A stretch of DNA of 49,111 nucleotides from Clostridia bacterium (GTDB taxonomy: Bacteria; Bacillota; Clostridia; UMGS1883): the NCBI GenBank assembly GCA_045661145.1, contig JAZRFC010000015.1:1-49111 (forward strand), in the 5' to 3' direction. Shown here one piece after another: positions 1 to 8,921 of this stretch (positions are counted from its first letter, which is position 1; each line of letters opens with the position of its first letter). The notes below the pieces were generated by a model that worked only from the letters and a program-made list of their open reading frames with translations, had not been told where the DNA came from and did no database searches. The position numbers and the translations under genes were made by a program.

Positions 1-2
1 CT

Positions 3-1145
3 CAGATTATAGCTCTTTTTACAAAAAGTCTTGCACCTATTACATACGGACTGATTCTCGCTTACTTGCTTAATCCGTTGGTAAATGTGATAGAACACTC
101 TGCATTATTACCTCTGTTTAATAAAATCTTTAAGAAAAACAAAAAACGTGCATCAGGCTTTGCAAGAGGAATTTCAATCTTTTTTGCGTGGATTCTTTCA
201 GTAGTATTTGTGGTTGTTATTTTTGCTCTCATTATTCCCGAATTGTATTCAAGCATAGAAACACTTATTTCCAAAATCCCTGAATACAGTGCACATATCG
301 TTGAAGAAGCTACCAAGATTCTCAAGGAAAACCCCGAAATAGTAGTTTACATTCAGGACCTTACAGAGAACTTCAGTACAGACTTTACGAAGATTATGAC
401 AGGCGTAAAGGATTGGATTCCCAATCTGAATGTAATGATAACAGGTCTTACAGACAGCGTCTGGGCAGTTGTTTCCGTTTTATTCAATATTCTGGTGGGT
501 ATAATTGTGTCTGTATATGTACTTAAAGATAAGGAAAAATTTGTGGCACAGTTCAAGAAACTTTTTTACAGCACAATGTCTTACAAAAAAGCCAACAATA
601 CAATTGCATTCTGGAGGCTTACACACGATAAATTCGGTAACTTTATAACAGGTAAAATATTTGATTCATTAATAATAGGTGTACTTTGTTTTATAATTCT
701 TATTATTGCAAATATGCCTTATGCGGCACTCATAAGTGTAATTGTAGGTGTAACTAATATCATACCTTTCTTCGGACCTTTTATCGGTGCAATTCCCAGT
801 GCGTTTCTTGTTCTTTTGGTTGACCCGTTAAAATGTATAACCTTTGTAATCATTATTATTCTTCTTCAGCAGTTTGACGGAAATATTCTCGGACCTAAGA
901 TTCTTGGTGATACAACAGGTGTTTCAAGCTTCTGGGTAATGTTCTCAATTATGCTGGGAAGCGGGCTTTTCGGCGTTGTGGGAATGGTATGCTCCGTTCC
1001 TGTATTTGCAGTTTTTTATACTTTGGTTAAAGACGGATGCCATATTGCACTAAGGAAAAAGGGTATTGACTATTCAACCGAAACCTTTGAAAAAATCGAC
1101 CATATAGATGAAGATACGAAAGCACCCAAATGGATTAATAAATAG
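3..1145 (+). CDS. AI-2E family transporter (PerM/YhhT-like), 5'-partial
   Basis: The frame is open to the window edge (QIIALFTKSLAPITYGLILAYLLNP...). Multiple TM segments; family motifs AYLLNPLV, TNIIPFFGPFIGAIP and QQFDGNILGPKILG. Confidence 0.85.
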   Translation, partial: QIIALFTKSLAPITYGLILAYLLNPLVNVIEHSALLPLFNKIFKKNKKRASGFARGISIFFAWILSVVFVVVIFALIIPELYSSIETLISKIPEYSAHIVEEATKILKENPEIVVYIQDLTENFSTDFTKIMTGVKDWIPNLNVMITGLTDSVWAVVSVLFNILVGIIVSVYVLKDKEKFVAQFKKLFYSTMSYKKANNTIAFWRLTHDKFGNFITGKIFDSLIIGVLCFIILIIANMPYAALISVIVGVTNIIPFFGPFIGAIPSAFLVLLVDPLKCITFVIIIILLQQFDGNILGPKILGDTTGVSSFWVMFSIMLGSGLFGVVGMVCSVPVFAVFYTLVKDGCHIALRKKGIDYSTETFEKIDHIDEDTKAPKWINK

Positions 1146-1183
1146 TTATCAGAAATCTTCAGTATTTCGCGGAGGAATTATTT

Positions 1184-1633
1184 ATGCCGTTCTTTTTATC
1201 ACAACTTCTGACATATATCTTTGTTTTTATAATTTATTTGTTTATCTATGCAATAATAAGGATGATTTTTCTTGACATCCGCACGATGTACAGAAAAAAG
1301 ACGGGCGGTCTTGCTGACGCATACCTTAAACTCATAAACTTAAGGCACAAGCTTGACTTCTTTGTTGATGAAAGCTATGAAGTATCAGACAATGAAGTTA
1401 TCGGCAGAGGAAAGAAATGCGATATCAGTATTGCCGACAAATATATGTCAACGAAAAACAGCCGAATATTCAAAATTTCGGGCAAATTTTATCTGGAAGA
1501 TATGGGAAGTACAAATGGTACGTTCCTTAACGGTGAACCGCTGGGGGACACTGCCGTAGAGCTTCTTGACGGTGACAAGATTACCATTGGCAGGGTAAAT
1601 TTCCTGTTTGTTCTTCCACCTAAAGCTGAGTAG
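1184..1633 (+). CDS. Membrane-anchored FHA domain protein (FhaB-like)
   Basis: N-terminal TM helix; FHA motifs IGR, MS..NS and DMGSTNGTFLNG; GGAGG RBS upstream. Confidence 0.88.
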   Translation: MPFFLSQLLTYIFVFIIYLFIYAIIRMIFLDIRTMYRKKTGGLADAYLKLINLRHKLDFFVDESYEVSDNEVIGRGKKCDISIADKYMSTKNSRIFKISGKFYLEDMGSTNGTFLNGEPLGDTAVELLDGDKITIGRVNFLFVLPPKAE

Positions 1634-1635
1634 AG

Positions 1636-2922
1636 GTGAGTTTTATGCAAAAATTACTTCATAACATAAAGCCTCTTTTATTGCTTCTTCTTTTAAATAT
1701 TATAGGTGTAGCGGTAATCTACCTCAATGGAATGCAGATGGAAAATATGGTTATCCTTTGCGGTATTATGTGCGTTATAAGTATTGCCACATATGTCATA
1801 ATAACCCTTTGTGACCTGGGGGACCCGTATCTGTTTGTGATTGTTTCCCTGCTTTGCTCCATAGGGATAATTATGCAGATAAGAATTCAGCCCTCCAACG
1901 GAATGAAACAGATGGTGCTTTACCTTGGTGGGGTAGTATGCTTTTTCATAGCGTTGTTTCTTTACAGAGCGTTTCGTAAAAAATTAAGAAGATACACCCT
2001 CATTTATTGGGGCGTATCTATGGCACTTTTTCTGCTTACCCTGATTCTGGGCGTGGTTACAAAAGGTGCTAAAAATTGGATAAAAATCGGAAGCCTTTCT
2101 GTTCAGCCTGCAGAATTTATCCGCATACTTTTTGTTTTGTCAATGGCTGCAATATTTACCAATGCACGAAAATCCACATCAGGGAAACCCAAGTCAAAAG
2201 CAGATGATAAGGAAAGAAAAAAACTCAGACAAATAAGGCTTGTCATTGCTGCAGGAATGGCTTTTTCCAATGCAATGTTCCTTTTCCTGCAACGGGAATG
2301 GGGAATAGCACTTTTGTTCTTTGCAATATATATTGCGTTTCTTTATATTTACGGAGAAAATAAATTGTTTTTCGGTGCAAATATGCTTCTCGTATTATTT
2401 GCGGCATTTATAGGCGTAAAATATATGAGCCATATTCAGGTACGTGTTGATGCATGGCGTGACCCTTTTGCAAATCCCTATGGGGGCGGCTACCAGATTC
2501 TGCAATCACTTTTCGCAATAGGTGCAGGAGGATTTTCAGGGAGAGGTGTCGGCACGGGAAGTCCTCACGTTATTCCTACCGTTACAAGTGACTTTATATT
2601 TTCTGCTATTTGCGAGGAAATGGGTGTTTTGGGCGGAGTAGCAATTATTATGCTATATTTCCTGCTTGTTTACCGTGGATTTAAAATAGCACTCAGCTCC
2701 ACAAATGATTTTAACAAGGCTGTGGCAGCAGGACTTAGTGTAATGCTTGGAATACAGACCTTTATCATAGTTGGCGGTGTTATAAAGCTTATCCCTCTTA
2801 CAGGAATAACACTTCCTTTTATCAGCTACGGGGGCAGCAGTATGACCAGCACATTTCTGGTTGTGGGAATACTGCAGGCTATAAGCGGAGCGAAAGGAGA
2901 GGTCACCGATGAAATTGAATAA
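1636..2922 (+). CDS. FtsW/RodA/SpoVE family SEDS peptidoglycan glycosyltransferase
   Basis: Motifs GAKNWI, SVQPAEF, GYQILQS, SDFIF..ICEEMG and PLTGITLPFISYGGSS; many TM helices. Confidence 0.93.
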   Translation: MSFMQKLLHNIKPLLLLLLLNIIGVAVIYLNGMQMENMVILCGIMCVISIATYVIITLCDLGDPYLFVIVSLLCSIGIIMQIRIQPSNGMKQMVLYLGGVVCFFIALFLYRAFRKKLRRYTLIYWGVSMALFLLTLILGVVTKGAKNWIKIGSLSVQPAEFIRILFVLSMAAIFTNARKSTSGKPKSKADDKERKKLRQIRLVIAAGMAFSNAMFLFLQREWGIALLFFAIYIAFLYIYGENKLFFGANMLLVLFAAFIGVKYMSHIQVRVDAWRDPFANPYGGGYQILQSLFAIGAGGFSGRGVGTGSPHVIPTVTSDFIFSAICEEMGVLGGVAIIMLYFLLVYRGFKIALSSTNDFNKAVAAGLSVMLGIQTFIIVGGVIKLIPLTGITLPFISYGGSSMTSTFLVVGILQAISGAKGEVTDEIE

Positions 2923-4327
2923 ACGCATCATAGCGGTTATGACAACTGTATTGGCTCTCTTTTTGATAATAGTTATATACCTTACCTATTTTGTTGTTTT
3001 TGTAGCGCCCAACATTAAAAATTCCACCTATAACCCAAGAATCTGGGAAAAGGAGGAAAATGTTTTAAGAGGCGAAATTTACGATAGAAGCGGAACTGTG
3101 CTTGCAAAAAGTGAGCAAACAAAAAGCGGACAGAAAAGAATCTATCCTTACGGCTCATTGTACGCCCACACCATAGGATACAATTGCCGTAACTACGGCA
3201 AGACTAATCTGGAGCTTACCTTTAATGAATATCTGCTGAAAACGAAAACATCCTTTAAAATAAAGAAAGATGTGGAAAACGGTGAGGTCAAGCTGGAAAA
3301 GGGTGCAAATCTTTCTCTCACTCTGGATAATTCCATGACGGAGCTTGCAGCAAAACAGCTTGGGAAAAACCACGGAGCAGTTGTAGCAATAAATCCTAAA
3401 ACGGGGGAGGTCTATTGCCTCTATTCAAATCCCTCATTTGACCCCAATGAAAGCTCCCTTATGAAAAATTGGCAGGAGCTTACTCAAAACGATTCTTCTC
3501 CTTTTTTTGCAAGGGCAACGCAGGGTCAGTATGCACCCGGCTCAACCTTTAAGGTAATCACTGCTTCGGCAGGAATAACATCAGGCGACGGAGATTATAT
3601 AACAGAAGATACGGGAAAGACAAAGGTAGGCGGCAAGGAATTTAAAAATGCCAGCGAAAAAGCCTTTGGTGAAGTTGATATGCGCATTGCCATCAAAAAT
3701 TCCAGCAATGTTTATTTTACTGAGCTTTCTCAAATGATAGGAAAGGAAAACCTTCAAAATGCGGCAAAGAATTTCTTTGTTACACAAAAGGTTCCTTTTG
3801 ACATTGAAACAAGAGCTACAAGCCTTGAGTTTGACGGATTTGATGATGCCGAGCTTGCATCTGTCGCAATCGGGCAGGGGAAATTGCAGGTTTCTCCTTT
3901 CAATATGGCTATTGCCGCTTGTGCTATTGCAAATGACGGTATAATAATGAAGCCTTATATGGTTGAAAAATCATCCTACGATACGGGTGAAGTGTTATAT
4001 GAAAGTCAGCCGGAAATACTTTTAAAAGCAACTGACAGAAAAACTGCTCTTTTAGTAAGAGATTATATGAAAGACTGTGTTAAATCAGGAACGGGAACAC
4101 GGGCAGCAGTCAGGGGTATAGAGGTTGCAGGAAAAACAGGTACTGCAGAAAACGAAAAAAAGGGTAAGACCCACGCCTGGTTTATAGGTATGGCACCTGC
4201 TGACAATCCGCAGATTGTTGTCTGCGTAATGCAGGAATATTCAGGCCGCGGAGGAGGAAGTGCCTGCGCACCCGTTGCATCACAAATTATAAACTATGCT
4301 TTGAAAAACGGTTTGATAACAAAATAA
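2909..4327 (+). CDS. Class B penicillin-binding protein (PbpA-like transpeptidase)
   Basis: N-terminal TM, RGEIYDR, and catalytic motifs STFK (SxxK), SSN (SxN) and KTG; overlaps the SEDS gene. Confidence 0.93.
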   Translation: MKLNKRIIAVMTTVLALFLIIVIYLTYFVVFVAPNIKNSTYNPRIWEKEENVLRGEIYDRSGTVLAKSEQTKSGQKRIYPYGSLYAHTIGYNCRNYGKTNLELTFNEYLLKTKTSFKIKKDVENGEVKLEKGANLSLTLDNSMTELAAKQLGKNHGAVVAINPKTGEVYCLYSNPSFDPNESSLMKNWQELTQNDSSPFFARATQGQYAPGSTFKVITASAGITSGDGDYITEDTGKTKVGGKEFKNASEKAFGEVDMRIAIKNSSNVYFTELSQMIGKENLQNAAKNFFVTQKVPFDIETRATSLEFDGFDDAELASVAIGQGKLQVSPFNMAIAACAIANDGIIMKPYMVEKSSYDTGEVLYESQPEILLKATDRKTALLVRDYMKDCVKSGTGTRAAVRGIEVAGKTGTAENEKKGKTHAWFIGMAPADNPQIVVCVMQEYSGRGGGSACAPVASQIINYALKNGLITK

Positions 4328-4361
4328 AAAAGGGCATATGCCCTTTTTTATTTTGTTATCA
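4314..4361. terminator. 48-bp perfect palindrome, probable bidirectional terminator
   Basis: TGATAACAAAATAAAAAAGGGCAT|ATGCCCTTTTTTATTTTGTTATCA lies between convergent genes and includes both stop codons. Confidence 0.8.
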
Positions 4362-5229
4362 TCGCCTGAATGGAGGCTGAGTATTCGGTAGGACTCATTC
4401 CCGTAACGTTTTTGAACTGCCTTGAAAAGTAGTGTATTCCCGAATACCCCAAAAGGTCGGAAATCTGTGATATGTTATAATTATCCTCCCTGAGATACTT
4501 CTTTGCCGTGTCTATTTTCATATGTATAAAATATTCCATAATGCTCATATCAAAATTATTCCTGAAAACTTTTGCAATGGTTGTTTTGTTTGAACCGCTA
4601 TAACGCACAATTTCATCAATAGTAATATTTCCTGAAATGTGGTCGAGCATATAGTTTACTATCATATTACAAAGTGAGCTTTCTCTGTTAATGCTCATCT
4701 TAGAACGCTGAAGTGCGGGCTGACTGTAACGGATGAACGAAATCAGAAGCTCTGCAATATACTGTTTAATGAGTTGTTCAGAGCCTATTACGGGATTCTT
4801 TTTACGGTGAAGCTTTTTTGTGTATGGCGTGTTAGAATGTGTCTGGAAAGCATTCGTATATTCAGAAATAATTTTTGAAAATATTATTTTTTGTTCCTGC
4901 CCTACACTCAAGATTTTTTCCTTAAAAAAGTCCATAGCAGGGGAAGATGATTCAAAAGAAAAAATCACAACATTGGTAGCACTTACCGAAGATGTTTGTA
5001 GTGTGTGCCACTCATTAGGCTTGTGAAATACTGCATTTCCCTGTGTAACGGTAAAGGTTCTGTCATCAGCAACTGCACAAATATCTCCTTTATCCACATA
5101 CACAACCTCCCAGAAATCGTGGCTTTCTCCCTCAAATTTGAAATTTGTGGGATACTCAAAATAATGAACACTGTAAAGCCTACCTATAGTTATGTCGTTT
5201 CTAAGTCTTGCTCCTATGTATTTTTCCAT
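4348..5229 (-). CDS. AraC family transcriptional regulator (cupin + HTH)
   Basis: Cupin motifs GESHDFWEVVYVDKG and HKPNEWH; C-terminal ISDLLGYSGIHYFSRQFKNVTGMSP. Start moved to ATG 5229, which follows a GGCGGTGA RBS. Confidence 0.92.
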   Translation of the reverse strand: MEKYIGARLRNDITIGRLYSVHYFEYPTNFKFEGESHDFWEVVYVDKGDICAVADDRTFTVTQGNAVFHKPNEWHTLQTSSVSATNVVIFSFESSSPAMDFFKEKILSVGQEQKIIFSKIISEYTNAFQTHSNTPYTKKLHRKKNPVIGSEQLIKQYIAELLISFIRYSQPALQRSKMSINRESSLCNMIVNYMLDHISGNITIDEIVRYSGSNKTTIAKVFRNNFDMSIMEYFIHMKIDTAKKYLREDNYNISQISDLLGYSGIHYFSRQFKNVTGMSPTEYSASIQAMITK

Positions 5230-5379
5230 AAATATCACCGCCAAAATAACTATATCATATGGATGTAAAAAAATCAATCTAATAATGCAAAAATAATTTA
5301 CTTTTGTGTAAATACTTTGCAGGTTGTTTGCTGTATACTTAATGCAGTATGATTAAAATCTAAAGAAAGTGGTGCTTGT

Positions 5380-6228
5380 ATGAAAAAAGATGCTACTCTT
5401 ATTGTAATGGCTGCAGGTATGGGAAGTCGTTTTGGCGGACTCAAGCAGCTTGAACCCATTGGTCCCGGTGGAGAAGTTATTCTTGATTTCTCTGTGTACG
5501 ATGCCATCAAAGCAGGATTTAACAAAGTTGTTTTTATTATCCGCAAGGATATTGAAAAAGATTTCAGAGAACTTGTAGGAAACAGAATAGATAAAAAAGT
5601 AAAAACAGAATATGTAATTCAGGATATGGAAAACATTCCCGAGGGATTCACGGTTCCCGACGGCAGAACAAAACCCTGGGGTACAGGTCATGCTATATTA
5701 TGTTGCAAGGATGTTGTAGATACTCCCTTTGCTGTAATTAATGCTGACGACTATTACGGCCCCGGAGCATTCAAGACTATATATGATGAACTCACAAGTT
5801 CTGAAAATACCTGTATGGTTGGATATAAGCTTGGAAACACCCTTACAGAAAACGGAACAGTAGCCCGTGGTGTATGTGAGGTTGAGGATGGTCTTCTGAA
5901 AGGTATAACAGAGCATACTTCAATTGACAAAAACAGCGGCGTTCCTCTTGATACAACAGTATCTATGAATATGTGGGGTTTCCGCCCGAACATTTTTTCC
6001 CGTATAGAAGAGGATTTCATCTTATTCCTTGAAAATATGAAAAACCCTGCAAAGGATGAATTTTATATCCCTCTTGTTGTAGACCGTTCAATCAAAACAT
6101 TCGGTGAAAAGATTGTTGTCCTTAATACCGATGAAAAATGGTACGGAGTTACATACCGCGAGGATAAGGAATCTGTTGTGAATGCAATCAAAAAGCTTTT
6201 TGCGGAGGGACTATACGATGGAATCTAA
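5380..6228 (+). CDS. Sugar-1-phosphate nucleotidyltransferase (NTP_transferase family)
   Basis: N-terminal LIVMAAGMGSRFGGLKQ, KPWGTGHA and INADDYYG; no left-handed beta-helix acetyltransferase domain. Confidence 0.88.
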   Translation: MKKDATLIVMAAGMGSRFGGLKQLEPIGPGGEVILDFSVYDAIKAGFNKVVFIIRKDIEKDFRELVGNRIDKKVKTEYVIQDMENIPEGFTVPDGRTKPWGTGHAILCCKDVVDTPFAVINADDYYGPGAFKTIYDELTSSENTCMVGYKLGNTLTENGTVARGVCEVEDGLLKGITEHTSIDKNSGVPLDTTVSMNMWGFRPNIFSRIEEDFILFLENMKNPAKDEFYIPLVVDRSIKTFGEKIVVLNTDEKWYGVTYREDKESVVNAIKKLFAEGLYDGI

Positions 6229-7306
6229 TGCACAGTATAGCTTAAAGGATATCCTTTCAAAGTTTAATATTGATACAAATATTGAAGTTTACGGCAACGG
6301 ACACATAAATGATACATACCTTTGCGAAACATCTCCCAGATTTATTCTTCAGAAAATAAATACAAAGGTTTTCAAAGACCCCGATGCCGTTATGGAGAAT
6401 ATCTTTAATGTAACTCGTCATGTAAGGGAGAAGATTAAGGAAGCAGGCGGCGATGCAGACCGCGAAACACTGAATGTTATCCCTACAAAAGCAGGCGAGA
6501 TATACTACAAGCATCCCGACGGGGCGTGCTTCCGCATGTATAAATTCGTTGAAAGAACAGTAAGCTACGACATTGCAGAAAGAATGGAAATTCTTACATA
6601 TGCAGGTCAGGCATTCGGTAGATTCCAGAAAATGCTCAGCGATTTCCCTGCAGAAAAGCTTCACGAAACAATTGTGGATTTCCACAACACTCCTGTTCGT
6701 GTAAAACAGCTTCAGGATGCAATGGCAGGCAATGCTTCGGGAAGACTTGAAAGTGTAAAGAACGAAGTGGATTTTGCTCTTGAATACAGCAAATATGCTG
6801 CAGAAATTACAGGTGCAATGGAAAAAGGCGATGTTCTTCTTCGCGTTACTCATAATGATACAAAGCTTAACAATGTCCTTTTTGACGATGTAACTGATGA
6901 GGGCGTTTGCGTAATTGACCTTGATACGGTAATGCCCGGCTCTGTGCTTTACGACTTTGGTGATGCTCTCCGTTTCGGTGCATCTTCCTGTGCAGAGGAT
7001 GAAACCGATATGGAAAAGATTTATTTTGACCTTAATAAGTTCGATGCTTTTGCAAAGGGCTTTTTGGCAGTGGTAGGGGATTGCCTTACAGGGAAAGAGA
7101 TAGAACTTCTTCCTCTTTCTGCACTTCTTATGACATATGAGTGCGGTATAAGGTTCCTTGCCGACCATATTAATGGTGATACATATTTTAAGGTTCACCG
7201 TGAAAATCACAATCTTGACCGTGCAAGAAATCAGTTCGCACTTGTACGCGATATTGAGAAAAAGCTTCCCGATATGGCGAAGATTGTAGAAAAGTATATT
7301 AAATGA
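6218..7306 (+). CDS. N-acetylhexosamine 1-kinase-like anomeric kinase (APH/NahK family)
   Basis: GHINDTY, LHETI.DFH.TP, RVTHNDTKLNN, VIDLDT and YDFGD resemble Bifidobacterium NahK/LnpB. ATG 6218 follows GGAGGG and overlaps the upstream gene. Confidence 0.8.
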   Translation: MESNAQYSLKDILSKFNIDTNIEVYGNGHINDTYLCETSPRFILQKINTKVFKDPDAVMENIFNVTRHVREKIKEAGGDADRETLNVIPTKAGEIYYKHPDGACFRMYKFVERTVSYDIAERMEILTYAGQAFGRFQKMLSDFPAEKLHETIVDFHNTPVRVKQLQDAMAGNASGRLESVKNEVDFALEYSKYAAEITGAMEKGDVLLRVTHNDTKLNNVLFDDVTDEGVCVIDLDTVMPGSVLYDFGDALRFGASSCAEDETDMEKIYFDLNKFDAFAKGFLAVVGDCLTGKEIELLPLSALLMTYECGIRFLADHINGDTYFKVHRENHNLDRARNQFALVRDIEKKLPDMAKIVEKYIK

Positions 7307-7350
7307 AGTATAAAAAGAAGCTCGTTAATTAACGAGCTTCTTTTTATACT
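7307..7350. terminator. 44-bp perfect palindrome, probable bidirectional terminator
   Basis: AGTATAAAAAGAAGCTCGTTAA|TTAACGAGCTTCTTTTTATACT between convergent genes. Confidence 0.8.
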
Positions 7351-8237
7351 ATTACCGAAAATGCCTTCGGCAGATTTGTTATTTCGGTTAAGGTGGATCC
7401 TCCGCCGAATTCTCCGTCAACTGTCCAGGGAATTTCTTCTTCGCTTACAAATTTGATATTTGCAGCTTTAAAGGTGATTATGTCTGTCGTTTTTTCAGTG
7501 TTTTGTGTAAGAAGGGCCGTTATAATATTCTGATACCCAACTGCATTTTTTGGCTTTTTCACAAGCAATACTTCAAACAGTCCGTCGTTAAGGGAAACAG
7601 CATTGCTGAGGTTATTCTTCATTCCTCCAACCTGCAGGGAATTTGTAACCATACCAAAAATAAAATCGTCTTCAATTACCACATCGTCAAATGTGATTGT
7701 AAGATGAAGCTCCTTTATTGATGCTAACTGACGAATACCTTCAACAATATACGCAGTACGGCCAAAAAGGTTCTTAAACTCTTGCGCAGTATCATATGAA
7801 ACCGATGTAAAAGCACCAAATGCCGCAACATAGGCAAAAAACTTATCGTTGAGCATTCCCGCATCGCAGAAGAACGGGGAACCTTCAACGGCCATTTTTG
7901 CAGCCCTGCGCACATCTGTCGGAATTCCTATTGTGCCTGCAAAATCATTGGTGCTTCCCGTTGGAAGATATGCAAGAGTAGGTCTTTTTTCAATAGGAAC
8001 ACTCATTAGGGCACTTACAGCCTCGTTAAGCATACCGTCACCACCGCATATGGAAATGACATCATATTCCAAAGCGTGTTCCTTAATGTAACAGTAGCCG
8101 TCGTTTTGCGACTTTGTAGGATGAACGGTTATGCAGTAATCCTTTTCAGAATATATATCTATAATGTCGCCAATATATGTTTTTATATTTCCTTTTCCGC
8201 TGATTGGGTTGTAGATGAGTAAAAGTTTTTGTTCCAT
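7344..8237 (-). CDS. Diacylglycerol kinase family lipid kinase (YegS/BmrU-like)
   Basis: Motifs YNPISG, GGDGMLNE, LPTGSTNDFA and VDGE. ATG 8237 follows an AGAGGT RBS; TTGAAT-17-TATAAT promoter at 8310-8282. Confidence 0.9.
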   Translation of the reverse strand: MEQKLLLIYNPISGKGNIKTYIGDIIDIYSEKDYCITVHPTKSQNDGYCYIKEHALEYDVISICGGDGMLNEAVSALMSVPIEKRPTLAYLPTGSTNDFAGTIGIPTDVRRAAKMAVEGSPFFCDAGMLNDKFFAYVAAFGAFTSVSYDTAQEFKNLFGRTAYIVEGIRQLASIKELHLTITFDDVVIEDDFIFGMVTNSLQVGGMKNNLSNAVSLNDGLFEVLLVKKPKNAVGYQNIITALLTQNTEKTTDIITFKAANIKFVSEEEIPWTVDGEFGGGSTLTEITNLPKAFSVIV

Positions 8238-8446
8238 AACGGGACCTCTTTTCAATCATTACATAGCTTGCTTATAAAACCATTATACGCTCTTTGATGC
8301 AAAAATTCAATACTGATAATATAAATATTTTATGACACACTTTTTGATAATAGGACAAAGAATCCCATAATAAGAGGAATAAGTCTGTTGGTTTTAGCAC
8401 CCTGGTGTGGTATACTAATCTATATCATAAATGGGAGGTATCAGAT

Positions 8447-8887
8447 ATGAGCTACGAAGAAATTATAAGCTTTGCAAGAGAGAATTTGAAAAAAACCGTA
8501 TCCAAAAATTCTGTGGAAAAAACGGCAGTAGAATTCAATGTGTACGGCGAGGGCGAGGGTGCTTTTTACATTGAGATAAAGGACGGAAAGGTTTTTCTTG
8601 AACCCTACGAGTATTATGACAGGGATGCAAAAATCAAAATAAGTGGAAATGAACTTGAAAAAATAATCAACAGAGAAAAAACACCCGAAGAAAGCTTCAG
8701 GGACGGAACTCTAACCGTAGAGGGGAATATAGACAAGGCGCGTGAGATTTTAAGTGTATTCAAAACTCCTGCCAGGAAAACAGCCACTAAAAAGAGTACA
8801 GCGAAGAAAACTGTAAAAGCAGAAAAACAAATAGTAGAAAAAACAAAAAGCAAAGATTCAAAAATAGCAAAAGACATTAAAAAATAA
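8447..8887 (+). CDS. SCP2 sterol/lipid-binding domain protein with Lys-rich tail
   Basis: EFNVYGEGEGAFYIEIKDG...F.DG.L.VEGNI pattern; GGGAGGT RBS before ATG 8447; TTGGTT-17-TATACT upstream. Confidence 0.75.
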   Translation: MSYEEIISFARENLKKTVSKNSVEKTAVEFNVYGEGEGAFYIEIKDGKVFLEPYEYYDRDAKIKISGNELEKIINREKTPEESFRDGTLTVEGNIDKAREILSVFKTPARKTATKKSTAKKTVKAEKQIVEKTKSKDSKIAKDIKK

Positions 8888-8920
8888 AAAAGTTGCAGTT
8901 CATTCGAACTGCAACTTTTT
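8887..8920. terminator. Bidirectional intrinsic terminator
   Basis: AAAAAGTTGCAGTTC-attc-GAACTGCAACTTTTT between convergent genes. Confidence 0.85.
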
Positions 8921-8921
8921 G

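Noticed and set aside
6257-7210. 317-aa minus-strand ORF
   Set aside because: Antisense shadow of the well-supported kinase gene; no motifs or RBS.
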